Shown: positions 19,841 to 28,656 of the stretch, piece after piece
How positions within the stretch are numbered: position 1 is the stretch's first letter
How the letters are laid out: each line of letters opens with the position of its first letter
Translations under genes and position numbers: made by a program
The notes under the pieces: model-generated
Seen by the model: only the letters and a program-made list of their open reading frames with translations
What the model was told of the DNA's origin: nothing
Databases searched by the model: none
Source of the DNA: a phage
Length of the DNA: 64,000 nucleotides
Sequence record: NC_094493.1
Reading direction: 5' to 3' (one strand)

Positions 19841-20341
19841 GTGAAAATTAAGATCTTTGCTATTATTTTGAGCGCATTTTTATCGCTGCCTGTTGTTGCA
19901 GCACCAAAACAAAAAGTATATCATACTTGCAAGCCCTCAGATACTAAGGAAAACATTTTGGCATGTAATATCTACAGGGAAGCTAGAGGGGATGGCACGA
20001 TGGGTATGCTGGCATCTGGGTTTGCCACATTAAACAGGAAATCTCACCCTAAATACCCAGACACTATAAGAAAGATTGTCTACCAACCTAACCAGTTTTC
20101 GTGGACAAACCACGGCAAAACTTTTAAGGTGACAGAAAAAGATTCATGGGATCACGCTAAAAGTCTTGCAAAGATGCTTCTAAAGGTCTATAATAACAAC
20201 CATGTTGCATACATGGCTATGGATATAACAGGTGGAGCAACACACTACCATACAACCAAAGTACGACCGAAATGGGCAAAAAAGATGCAGAGGACAGCTC
20301 AATTCGGGAGCCATATCTACTACAAGGAGCGCAATAAATGA
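19841..20341 (+). CDS. secreted cell-wall hydrolase (SleB/Hydrolase_2-like), candidate lysis enzyme
   Basis: GTG start with GGAG RBS; N-terminal signal peptide MKIKIFAIILSAFLSLPVVA; NIYREARGDG and GATHYHT motifs reminiscent of SleB-family hydrolases. Confidence 0.55.
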   Translation: MKIKIFAIILSAFLSLPVVAAPKQKVYHTCKPSDTKENILACNIYREARGDGTMGMLASGFATLNRKSHPKYPDTIRKIVYQPNQFSWTNHGKTFKVTEKDSWDHAKSLAKMLLKVYNNNHVAYMAMDITGGATHYHTTKVRPKWAKKMQRTAQFGSHIYYKERNK

Positions 20342-22320
20342 TTGTAAACAGTAATGAAACTAAAGCAGTGCTAACCGGAAATATGGAGGTCACCAGGGGC
20401 TCAATTTCTCTGAACAAAGAGACTTTTGGGCTAATCATTAAAGGGATTTACGAAGATAAGGTGCTGGCAAGCTGCCGTGAACCAATCTTCAACGCTGTAG
20501 ACTCCCATGTTGAGTCTGGACGGGGTGATGTACCGATCATCATTCACTCTCCTACAGACCTTGAACCATACTTCTTTGTGCAGGACGTTGGATTGGGCAT
20601 GTCAGAAGAGATGGTCCGCAACACGTTCATGAACCTTGGAGAGTCAACCAAGCGCAACAGTAACGCTCTGGTAGGTAATAAAGGTGTTGGTTCAAAGGCT
20701 CCGTTCAGCATGGTGGACACTTTCGATGTTATCAGTGTGCACAATGGTGTTGAAAGCACATATCTATTGTTCTTGGATCAGGGTATCCCAAACGTTACCA
20801 AGATCCGCGAGCGGAAGACTGAAGAGCACAACGGGGTAAAAGTTCAGTTCCATGTTAAGAAAGAGCATGTCCTGAAATATCGCACTGCTATTGCATCGTG
20901 CTTACGCTATGCGAAGTTTCCGTTCATCGTCACCGATCCCATGACCAGTAAGATGTTAGAAGGTGACAAGGTTGAGGCACAGTATCATTACGAGAAGGAT
21001 GGCTGGAAAATGACCATCCTGAAAGGTTATACCAGTTCTGATGAGAGCCGTGTTGTGATGGGTCACCAACCTTACCGCTCCAAGTTCCTGGAGACATTGA
21101 CCGATTACCCTGCAATCTGCGTGGAAATTCCTATTGGGGATTGCAATATTAACCCTGGGCGTGAATGGACCATAGAGGGCCATGACGACGGTGGATTCCA
21201 GGATCGCCTGGAGGCATTTGTCAAAGAAGGTATACGTCTTCGCGGGGCAGAAGTTGTTGCAGAACTGGAGACGGCAAAAACCTCCGCAGAAGCACGTGAA
21301 ATGATGAAGAATAGTGGAGTGTTCGGACACATCTTCGGCAAGAACTTTATGTGGAACCGTTGGGAAGAAACAGGGCTTGGCGACTTAGGCGATTGTGAAA
21401 TTTTCGCTGGCGGCTTAAATAAAGGCCGCATAGGCTATGCTCGTTACGGAAAGTCGGAGTTCTTACGAGGTGTATACCTTGTATTTAACGACGGAGACGG
21501 CAAATATAACCGGAATAAGTGTAACTACTTAAGCGAGATCACCGGACGCAACGTTTTCTATTGCCGGAACACGGATCTGGTGAAAGAGTTTAAAGAGGCG
21601 GCACACCATCCGTTCTTTGCAGATACGGTCAAATTGTTATCGGAGCTTCCACGCCGACCTGCGAAGAAAGGTGAAACCAAAACTCGTTACGAGCCAGGCT
21701 ACTGGGTTAAGAAGCTTAGAGAGGATGGCTACTTCCATCGTGAGCGCCTCACGAAGGCAGAGTTCAAGAAGATTAAGCATTGCATCCCTTATGAGGGGGA
21801 TATCCAACGGGGAAGCTGCTGGCTGGGCCAGATGAGTAACATCTACCAGCAAAATTATGACCGTGTGCGTGCTGCACTCCAGATTCCTGAAGGTGAAGAT
21901 CTGTACCTGGTATCAGAATCTCGTCTGCTTTGGACTGATCCTGATTGCCAGTATGTTACAGAGAAGAATGTGGAACATTTGTTGAAAGAGGATGCTTGGA
22001 AATTCTTACTGACTCGCGCAGCAAATGAAACTTCATATGACAGCCTGTATAGACAATTAGGGAAAATTATCCCCATGCAGGATTTTGGAAATTATCGGCC
22101 ACATTTCCACAAGTGGGAAGGTAACACCGCGTGGAAGCACAGTGAGCTAAATCATCGTGCCAAAATCTTAATCGCCAACCGGGTTAAGTGCGGGAAGGCC
22201 TATATTGCAAGATTGGAAAAGAAATATCCACTTTTGAAGCATGTAGGCTTGAAATATTGGGACACTCCTGCTATGATTGAATACCGTGAACTGATCGATA
22301 CAAAGAATAACATCAAATAA
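20338..22320 (+). CDS. rIIA: rIIA-like GHKL-family ATPase
   Basis: Bergerat-fold motifs in order: N-box EPIFNAVDSH, G1 FVQDVGLGMS, G2 GNKGVGSKAPFSMVDTFDVISVHNG (close to the T4 rIIA segment as I recall it); 660 aa; AAGGAG RBS. Confidence 0.7.
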   Translation: MIVNSNETKAVLTGNMEVTRGSISLNKETFGLIIKGIYEDKVLASCREPIFNAVDSHVESGRGDVPIIIHSPTDLEPYFFVQDVGLGMSEEMVRNTFMNLGESTKRNSNALVGNKGVGSKAPFSMVDTFDVISVHNGVESTYLLFLDQGIPNVTKIRERKTEEHNGVKVQFHVKKEHVLKYRTAIASCLRYAKFPFIVTDPMTSKMLEGDKVEAQYHYEKDGWKMTILKGYTSSDESRVVMGHQPYRSKFLETLTDYPAICVEIPIGDCNINPGREWTIEGHDDGGFQDRLEAFVKEGIRLRGAEVVAELETAKTSAEAREMMKNSGVFGHIFGKNFMWNRWEETGLGDLGDCEIFAGGLNKGRIGYARYGKSEFLRGVYLVFNDGDGKYNRNKCNYLSEITGRNVFYCRNTDLVKEFKEAAHHPFFADTVKLLSELPRRPAKKGETKTRYEPGYWVKKLREDGYFHRERLTKAEFKKIKHCIPYEGDIQRGSCWLGQMSNIYQQNYDRVRAALQIPEGEDLYLVSESRLLWTDPDCQYVTEKNVEHLLKEDAWKFLLTRAANETSYDSLYRQLGKIIPMQDFGNYRPHFHKWEGNTAWKHSELNHRAKILIANRVKCGKAYIARLEKKYPLLKHVGLKYWDTPAMIEYRELIDTKNNIK

Positions 22321-22330
22321 GGAGACCAAG

Positions 22331-23536
22331 ATGATTTTCATCTACGAACATTTCAAAACTCGTAAAGAAGCACGCGACCGCCGTGCAGAACTTGAGAAGA
22401 AGGGTTTCACATGTGCCATTGAGAAAGGTGACACAACCTGGACACTGGCAGTGGGTGCCCCAGAATTGTTCGATCCTGACCGTGACAGCGTCTGCTACAC
22501 CCGTGAGGATTTTGAAACCCGTGAAGAGGCCCGTCTATTTCGATATGGGCTGGAAGATAACGGTAAGTACGCCATGATCTTAGACTTAGGCGAAGGTTCC
22601 GTTAAACGTTGGAGCGTGATATACCCACTGTGTGTTGTTCACGGTGTGGGGTTCACCGGGGTGGCAATCAAGTCAGAAGAACCTTTAGTAGAAGTCAAAG
22701 ACCCGGTGCTGGAGGTGGTGAGCAGTGTGTCTCAGCAACAGACTCGAAGCATCGAGCCTTTAGTAGTTATTTGTGGGGAACTCCTCCAGATCACCTGCAA
22801 CGAAGGCATTTTTGAAATTCGCCGCAGCGAAAGTGAGGAAGTTTACCAGAAAGTCTTCGACCATATCTCTGTTCAGGAATATGATGAGGCAATTGGTGAA
22901 ATCCTTGTCTGGCTGGAACGCAAGAATGAGTTCACCACACTTGCAGACAACCTGATCATGAAAGATGGTAAGCTCTACTACTACGGTGTAGAGATGCGAT
23001 CCACCATTGCAAAGAAAATTGAGAAAGACTATGCAGACGGAACACTGGATGACCGCTATGTGAAATTCCTCGTTCGCCTGCTACGCAATCCTTCTGCAAA
23101 ATCTGTAAACATGCTCTACGATTTTATGCAGGCCAACGATATCCAGATTGCAGAAGATGGTCGAATCATTTGCTACAAAGGGGTTCAGTTTAACGGCAGC
23201 AAGTGGGTGGATTGGCACAGTGGTAAAGTTCCACAATACCAGGGTGCTTTTGTATCCATGCCTCGTAACTTTGTAGAGGATGATCCTGAAGCTGCGTGCT
23301 CCTATGGCTTACACTGCGCCAGCAAGGAGTATGCAAAGAGCTACGGCACTGTAATGACTGTCATGGTTGACCCTGCAGATGTGGTTAGTGTGCCATACCA
23401 ACACAATAGCGCTAAGTGCCGTGCCTGCCGCTATGAGATTGTGGTAGCTCCGGAAGCACGCAAGGACGGAGACCCGATTGAATACGTGGTTGACCGAGAC
23501 GGTAACACTATCGACATTCTTTACGAGGAGGCGTAA
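22331..23536 (+). CDS. hypothetical protein, possible rIIB-like partner
   Basis: 401-aa ORF with AAGGAGA RBS directly downstream of the rIIA-like gene; assignment by synteny only. Confidence 0.45.
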   Translation: MIFIYEHFKTRKEARDRRAELEKKGFTCAIEKGDTTWTLAVGAPELFDPDRDSVCYTREDFETREEARLFRYGLEDNGKYAMILDLGEGSVKRWSVIYPLCVVHGVGFTGVAIKSEEPLVEVKDPVLEVVSSVSQQQTRSIEPLVVICGELLQITCNEGIFEIRRSESEEVYQKVFDHISVQEYDEAIGEILVWLERKNEFTTLADNLIMKDGKLYYYGVEMRSTIAKKIEKDYADGTLDDRYVKFLVRLLRNPSAKSVNMLYDFMQANDIQIAEDGRIICYKGVQFNGSKWVDWHSGKVPQYQGAFVSMPRNFVEDDPEAACSYGLHCASKEYAKSYGTVMTVMVDPADVVSVPYQHNSAKCRACRYEIVVAPEARKDGDPIEYVVDRDGNTIDILYEEA

Positions 23537-24906
23537 TGGAAAAAGGGCAGTATGATGTAGGCACAGATGCTGCCCTCGTTGCAATCATGAGCGGTGAGAA
23601 TGTCTTCGTTTCAGGACCCGCAGGTTGTGGGAAGACGTACCTCATCAACATGATCCAGTCAATGTATGGAGACTCTTGCATAACGGTTGCCCCGACAGGG
23701 GTAGCCGCTTTAAACGTTAATGGAGCAACAGCACACCGAACCTTCGATCTTGCAGCAGGTGTGAGCATGGAGTCAGACTGGACCGCAATAAGGGCAAAAA
23801 CAGCAAAGCCTTTGAAAAGCAAGGCATTTACCATCCTAATTATCGATGAAATCTCTATGATCCGTGCTGATAAGTTTATAGAGATGGATAGGAAACTCCG
23901 CTTCCTTCGAAAAAATGACAAACCTTTCGGAGGCATACAGGTCATATTGTTTGGCGATTTTTACCAGGCACCTCCTGTTGTCTCTTCTATGGAGAAGGAA
24001 GCCTACTTCAACTTCTACCATACGGACCTGTGTTGCTACACCGAATCTTGGAAAGAGCTTGACCTCCACAACATAGCCCTAATAGATCAGTTCCGACAGG
24101 AGTCTATTCGATTTGCCACAATGCTCAACTGTGTTCGCGAGGGTCGTCGCATAAAAGAGGTTGTAGCAGAACTTAATGCTCGCTGTTACAAAGGTGGTGT
24201 ACCAACAGATGCTCTCACAATTTGCGCCACCAACAAACAAGCAGAGGAAGTAAACAGAAGGTTCTATGATGCCATCAACGCCCCAGAGAAGGTATACACT
24301 GGTGAAATGAAGGGTAAGTTTCCCTCCACCCTGCCAGTTGAGCAGGAGATGAAGTTGAAAATTGGCATGAAAGTTATGATAACCGCCAACGATGTTGACC
24401 CGACGCACAAAGTACCTTATTATGTTAACGGAACACGTGCCACAATTGTTAAATTTAAGAACAAGGCGGTGGTGGTAGAGCTTGAAGATGGAACACAGGT
24501 TGACATAGAGCAGAGGTTGTGGGAGAATAACGAGTATAAGCCCTCTCAGAGATACAACATTGCAGAAAGGAAGATGGAGAAGTTTATAGAGAGGGTAGTG
24601 ATTGGGTCATACAAGCAACTTCCTCTGAAATCTGGGTACGCCGTAACATCTCATAAAAGTCAAGGACTTACGCTAGATTGTTACAACCTAGACCTTGGAA
24701 AGAACGGAGCTTTCTCTCCTGGGATGACGTATGTCGCTTTGAGTAGAGTTAAGACAATACAAGGAATAAACTTGTTGCGTCCACTAAGAGAAGTTGACAT
24801 TATTGTTGACCCGCGAGTCGTAGAGTTTTACAATACAACATTCCCTGACTTAGACAAAATTGTCAGGAAAGATTTTGAAACCAGAGCAGAAGAGGGGGAC
24901 GTATGA
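23536..24906 (+). CDS. SF1 Pif1/RecD/Dda-like DNA helicase
   Basis: Walker A GPAGCGKTY, Walker B ILIIDEISM, GDFYQAPPV, TSHKSQGLT and YVALSRVKT motifs; ATG overlaps upstream stop (TAATG). Confidence 0.8.
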   Translation: MEKGQYDVGTDAALVAIMSGENVFVSGPAGCGKTYLINMIQSMYGDSCITVAPTGVAALNVNGATAHRTFDLAAGVSMESDWTAIRAKTAKPLKSKAFTILIIDEISMIRADKFIEMDRKLRFLRKNDKPFGGIQVILFGDFYQAPPVVSSMEKEAYFNFYHTDLCCYTESWKELDLHNIALIDQFRQESIRFATMLNCVREGRRIKEVVAELNARCYKGGVPTDALTICATNKQAEEVNRRFYDAINAPEKVYTGEMKGKFPSTLPVEQEMKLKIGMKVMITANDVDPTHKVPYYVNGTRATIVKFKNKAVVVELEDGTQVDIEQRLWENNEYKPSQRYNIAERKMEKFIERVVIGSYKQLPLKSGYAVTSHKSQGLTLDCYNLDLGKNGAFSPGMTYVALSRVKTIQGINLLRPLREVDIIVDPRVVEFYNTTFPDLDKIVRKDFETRAEEGDV

Positions 24907-25244
24907 GTTTGTGGAGAAATATCGTTAACTACGTGTGTGGCAATCCAACTCCTGAAGAGAAGGATGTTGTGATTCACGATTTTACTAAAAGATCTCGTGA
25001 AAAAGATCTACTGCTAACAAAGGTGACTGATAAAGATCCTGCAGTAGGGGACTGGGCAGGTTTTGCGTTTACATCGGACAAATACACCTTTAACAAAGGT
25101 GACTATCTTGTTGTGGATTTTAACGAAGACATCGAGGGTGCTGAACCTTACTATCAGACCCTTATCGTTGCAGGGTGTGTTGATCTCTCTGCAGGTATGC
25201 ACAGTTTGATTCTTTTTGAGCTTGACTCTGAAGACCTCCAGTAG
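24903..25244 (+). CDS. hypothetical protein (113 aa)
   Basis: Start overlaps upstream stop (ATGA). Confidence 0.5.
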   Translation: MSLWRNIVNYVCGNPTPEEKDVVIHDFTKRSREKDLLLTKVTDKDPAVGDWAGFAFTSDKYTFNKGDYLVVDFNEDIEGAEPYYQTLIVAGCVDLSAGMHSLILFELDSEDLQ

Positions 25245-25305
25245 TAAGATGTAAGTATAAAGGGGAGGCACTCCTCCCCACAAAAACTAAGGAGAGCACC
25301 AAACG

Positions 25306-26631
25306 ATGAGTAAAACCAAATTAGAACTTACCTGGATAGGTAAAAACGAGCGCAAAAAGTTAGAGCCGCACATTTTGTTAGAAGATTCTAGCAAGTCTTA
25401 CCACAGCCAGAAAGTGACCGAAAACGATATTTTTGATAATAAACTGATTTTTGGAGATAACTTATTAGCATTGAAGGCGCTAGAGCAAGAGTACGCAGGC
25501 AAAGTGAAGTGTGTTTACATAGACCCACCATTCAATACCGGGAGGGCTTTTGAGCACTACGATGATAGCCTGGAGCATTCCATTTGGCTGGGCTTAATGA
25601 GGGATAGGTTAGAAATAATTCGTAATCTTCTAAGTGATGATGGGGTAATATTCGTTCACTTAGATGATTGCGAAATGGCGTATTTAAAAGTTTTGATGGA
25701 CGAGATTTTTGGTCGTGCAAATCAGTTAAATACCATATCGATGACCACAAATTCCCCTTCGGGATTTAAGGCAACAGGAGCCACAGTTTTCTCCACAGCA
25801 AACTTTTTGCTTGTATATGCAAAAGATCGCACCCAGAAACCGCTTAACAAAATCTATATACCTAAAGGGTATGATACAGGATATAACAAATACCTATTAA
25901 ACCCGGATGACCATTATAAAAATTGGACGTGGTGCGGTATTGCCGATGCGTTTGCAAAGGCCAATGGCTATAAAGATGCAAAAGAAGCCAAGAAAAAACT
26001 GCCTGACACATTCGATGATGAATTAGCACAATTCGCAATTGATAATGCAGAACGTGTATTTCAATCTGTTGCAATTGGCGGTGGTGCTAAAATAAAGAGA
26101 AAAGAAACTATCGAGAAGTCAAAGAAAGATAGGGATAAGGTTTATGTACATCCAAATGAAGATGTTGAAGGATTTTATATCGCAAATGGTAGGCAAATGG
26201 TCTTTTACTCCAACAGGCTTTTGGAAATTGACGGTGATATGCAACCTGCGGAACTAATAACTGATGTTTGGACAGACATTAGTTGGAATGGAATAGCAAA
26301 TGAAGGCGGCGTTAGTTTCAAAAATGGGAAAAAACCAGAAGCGCTTTTGAAGCGAATTTTCGAAATGTGTACGCGAGAAGGCGATTTGGTATTGGATTCA
26401 TTCGGTGGTTCGGGAACTACTGCTGCTGTAGCTCACAAGATGAAAAGACGTTGGATCTCCATCGAGATCGGTGATCATTGCCATACCCATATTATTCCGC
26501 GCTTGGAAAAAGTGATCGATGGGGAAGATCAAGGTGGTATTTCTAAGTCTGTAAACTGGCAAGGTGGTGGTGGCTTCCGTTATTACAAACTTGCCCCGAC
26601 CTTAATTGCGAAAGATAAGTCTGATCAATAA
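25306..26631 (+). CDS. DNA N6-adenine/N4-cytosine methyltransferase (beta-class)
   Basis: Motif IV DPPFNTG precedes motif I-like FGGSGTT; 441 aa; AAGGAGA RBS. Confidence 0.75.
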   Translation: MSKTKLELTWIGKNERKKLEPHILLEDSSKSYHSQKVTENDIFDNKLIFGDNLLALKALEQEYAGKVKCVYIDPPFNTGRAFEHYDDSLEHSIWLGLMRDRLEIIRNLLSDDGVIFVHLDDCEMAYLKVLMDEIFGRANQLNTISMTTNSPSGFKATGATVFSTANFLLVYAKDRTQKPLNKIYIPKGYDTGYNKYLLNPDDHYKNWTWCGIADAFAKANGYKDAKEAKKKLPDTFDDELAQFAIDNAERVFQSVAIGGGAKIKRKETIEKSKKDRDKVYVHPNEDVEGFYIANGRQMVFYSNRLLEIDGDMQPAELITDVWTDISWNGIANEGGVSFKNGKKPEALLKRIFEMCTREGDLVLDSFGGSGTTAAVAHKMKRRWISIEIGDHCHTHIIPRLEKVIDGEDQGGISKSVNWQGGGGFRYYKLAPTLIAKDKSDQ

Positions 26632-26644
26632 AGAGTACAATCAA

Positions 26645-26950
26645 ATGATGAAATGTTATAAACCATACACTTTTGAAATCGATTTCGAACTTGACGATAT
26701 GTTCACTGTGGAAGCTCAGGCAGTTGTCCAGTTGCCAGACCCAGAGTGCCGTGATTCTGATGTTGACTATTACGGATTTAGACAAATTACCGATGTGCAT
26801 GTTTACCACAACGGTGAAGAGGTGGACTTCCACCAATTGCCAAACGATATGCGCCACTCAATTTACAAACGTGCAGCCCGTGAACTAGAGTCCTATCTGG
26901 ATGCAGCGACGACAGCAGCTGCATTTGCTGAAGAAGTGGGAGGTTTCTGA
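26645..26950 (+). CDS. hypothetical protein
   Basis: ORF-track ORF 26606..26950 trimmed to the first ATG clear of the upstream gene. Confidence 0.45.
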   Translation: MMKCYKPYTFEIDFELDDMFTVEAQAVVQLPDPECRDSDVDYYGFRQITDVHVYHNGEEVDFHQLPNDMRHSIYKRAARELESYLDAATTAAAFAEEVGGF

Positions 26951-27345
26951 TGATTACAGGTGTGAAGATTATCCAATACCACTTAACCAAATTGGAAGAT
27001 GCTGAAAAAGAGCTTGCAGAAGTTCTAAATAGTGGATATACTTTGCTATCATGCGCCTGCTCAGACACCTACGCTGTGTGGACACTTATCCGGAAGGAGG
27101 AGCCTGCAGGGATCTTGGTGCCAAACCCTAAGATTATCAGTGAAGTGGAGGACTGCTCTCAGGACGGCCTGTCAGAAGACTGGGAAGCATGGGAAGGTGG
27201 TGAAAACCCTGCACCAGGTAAGTGGGTAAAATACAAACTACGTAGCGGTGCACAGCACGCTGGATACTCTGATAACCTGGACTGGAGTCATTCTTCACCG
27301 GAATCATTGGTAAGTGCATATGATATCGTTGCTTTTCAGGAATAA
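26950..27345 (+). CDS. hypothetical protein (131 aa)
   Basis: Start overlaps upstream stop. Confidence 0.5.
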   Translation: MITGVKIIQYHLTKLEDAEKELAEVLNSGYTLLSCACSDTYAVWTLIRKEEPAGILVPNPKIISEVEDCSQDGLSEDWEAWEGGENPAPGKWVKYKLRSGAQHAGYSDNLDWSHSSPESLVSAYDIVAFQE

Positions 27346-27357
27346 GGAGAGAGTGTT

Positions 27358-27840
27358 ATGTCAGATTTTATGTGGAAAGTAGGTTATGCCTCTCCTGAAA
27401 TGTGCGAGGCTTGCTTTGTAAAAATAGGCCGCGAGGATATTGACAAAGTGATCTTTAAGTTTCGTGATGTATCTGTGATCGGCAACCGAGTGCTTAAGCA
27501 CTTAAAGAATCTGAAGCTCACCAAAAAGAAGTTCTTCGGACTTTTCGAAGAGAAAGTTGATGCTTGGACCCATTGCATTCAGGAAGCTAAATCTCACTAC
27601 AGTGCTATCGTTACCCCAGAACGGGTAGCCAAGATGGAAGGATTCATCAACAGCACAGAGTTTGAGTGCCTAAAGGCTGCCCTTAATAGTTATCCAAAGT
27701 GCCTCAAACACCTTGACAAGTATGTAGAAAAGGATGGGGAAATGTATCTCACCCTGGATGCATACTATGAGATGCAAGAAATTTTAAATTTAGATTTGAC
27801 ATTGGTATCCACCGAGTATACAATAGGTATCCGGGTTTAA
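27358..27840 (+). CDS. hypothetical protein (160 aa)
   Basis: ATG with GGAGAGAG RBS. Confidence 0.55.
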   Translation: MSDFMWKVGYASPEMCEACFVKIGREDIDKVIFKFRDVSVIGNRVLKHLKNLKLTKKKFFGLFEEKVDAWTHCIQEAKSHYSAIVTPERVAKMEGFINSTEFECLKAALNSYPKCLKHLDKYVEKDGEMYLTLDAYYEMQEILNLDLTLVSTEYTIGIRV

Positions 27841-27846
27841 CACTAG

Positions 27847-27873
27847 GCCCTGCCCGAAAGGGTGGGGCTTTTT
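27847..27873 (+). terminator. intrinsic terminator (copy 1 of a shared hairpin)
   Basis: GCCCTGCCCGAAAGGGTGGGGC hairpin followed by TTTTT; identical hairpin recurs at 38254. Confidence 0.65.
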
Positions 27874-27891
27874 GCATTAGGAGACAGCAAA

Positions 27892-28656
27892 TTGAAATTT
27901 ATCTATAAAGAACACTACCACAAAGGTGTTGTGTGGAGTCTATTTGACGGATCTGGCGGTGCAGTCATTGACTGGGCAAAAGCTGGATATCTGTGCCTGT
28001 GCTTTAACGCAGAAGGTGCTGACCACGGCAGTTATGCAGAGGTGATCACCGATCATCCAAATATTCACTATGTAGATTATTGGATTGATCCATGGTTCCC
28101 TCAGGAAACTTTCTGCATGTACCCAGCTCCGGACTTTGTTCTTGCATTTCCTCCGTGCACGCATTTAGCGGTATCAGGTGCTGCACATTTTAAGAAAAAG
28201 CTGGCTAAGGATCCTTTGATCCAAATTAATGCTGTAAAGGATGCTCGGGTTGCGGAAGAGCTGGGAGAGATTTACGATTGCCCGTGGCATGTAGAGAATC
28301 CTGTTGGTGTTATGTCCACACTGTGGCGCAAACCTGATTACCGTTTTCATCCTTCTGACTATGGCGGGTATTTACCGGAGGATGATGTAAACCCCTGGTT
28401 TCCTGAATTTATAGCTCCACGTGATGCCTATCCAAAAATAACTTGCGGCTGGATAGGTAATGGATTTATAATCCCGGCCACAAAACCTGTCCAGCAAATA
28501 GTTGACGCGGTTAGCGGGTATTCCATGCAACACGCCAAGCTGGGTGGAAAGAGTGCAAGAACGAAGATGATCCGAAGCCTCACACCACGTGGCTGGGCAA
28601 AAGCCGTATTCTTAGCAAACGAGCCTGTAGTAAGGAGCAGAATTAATGGGAAGTAA
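27892..28656 (+). CDS. DNA (cytosine-5) methyltransferase-like protein with atypical PCT motif
   Basis: Motif I-like LFDGSGG, motif IV-like FPPCTHLAVSGA and motif VI-like VENPVGV in canonical order; start set to TTG 27892 after AGGAGA RBS (ORF-track GTG 27862 lies inside the terminator hairpin); start uncertain. Confidence 0.5.
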   Translation: MKFIYKEHYHKGVVWSLFDGSGGAVIDWAKAGYLCLCFNAEGADHGSYAEVITDHPNIHYVDYWIDPWFPQETFCMYPAPDFVLAFPPCTHLAVSGAAHFKKKLAKDPLIQINAVKDARVAEELGEIYDCPWHVENPVGVMSTLWRKPDYRFHPSDYGGYLPEDDVNPWFPEFIAPRDAYPKITCGWIGNGFIIPATKPVQQIVDAVSGYSMQHAKLGGKSARTKMIRSLTPRGWAKAVFLANEPVVRSRINGK

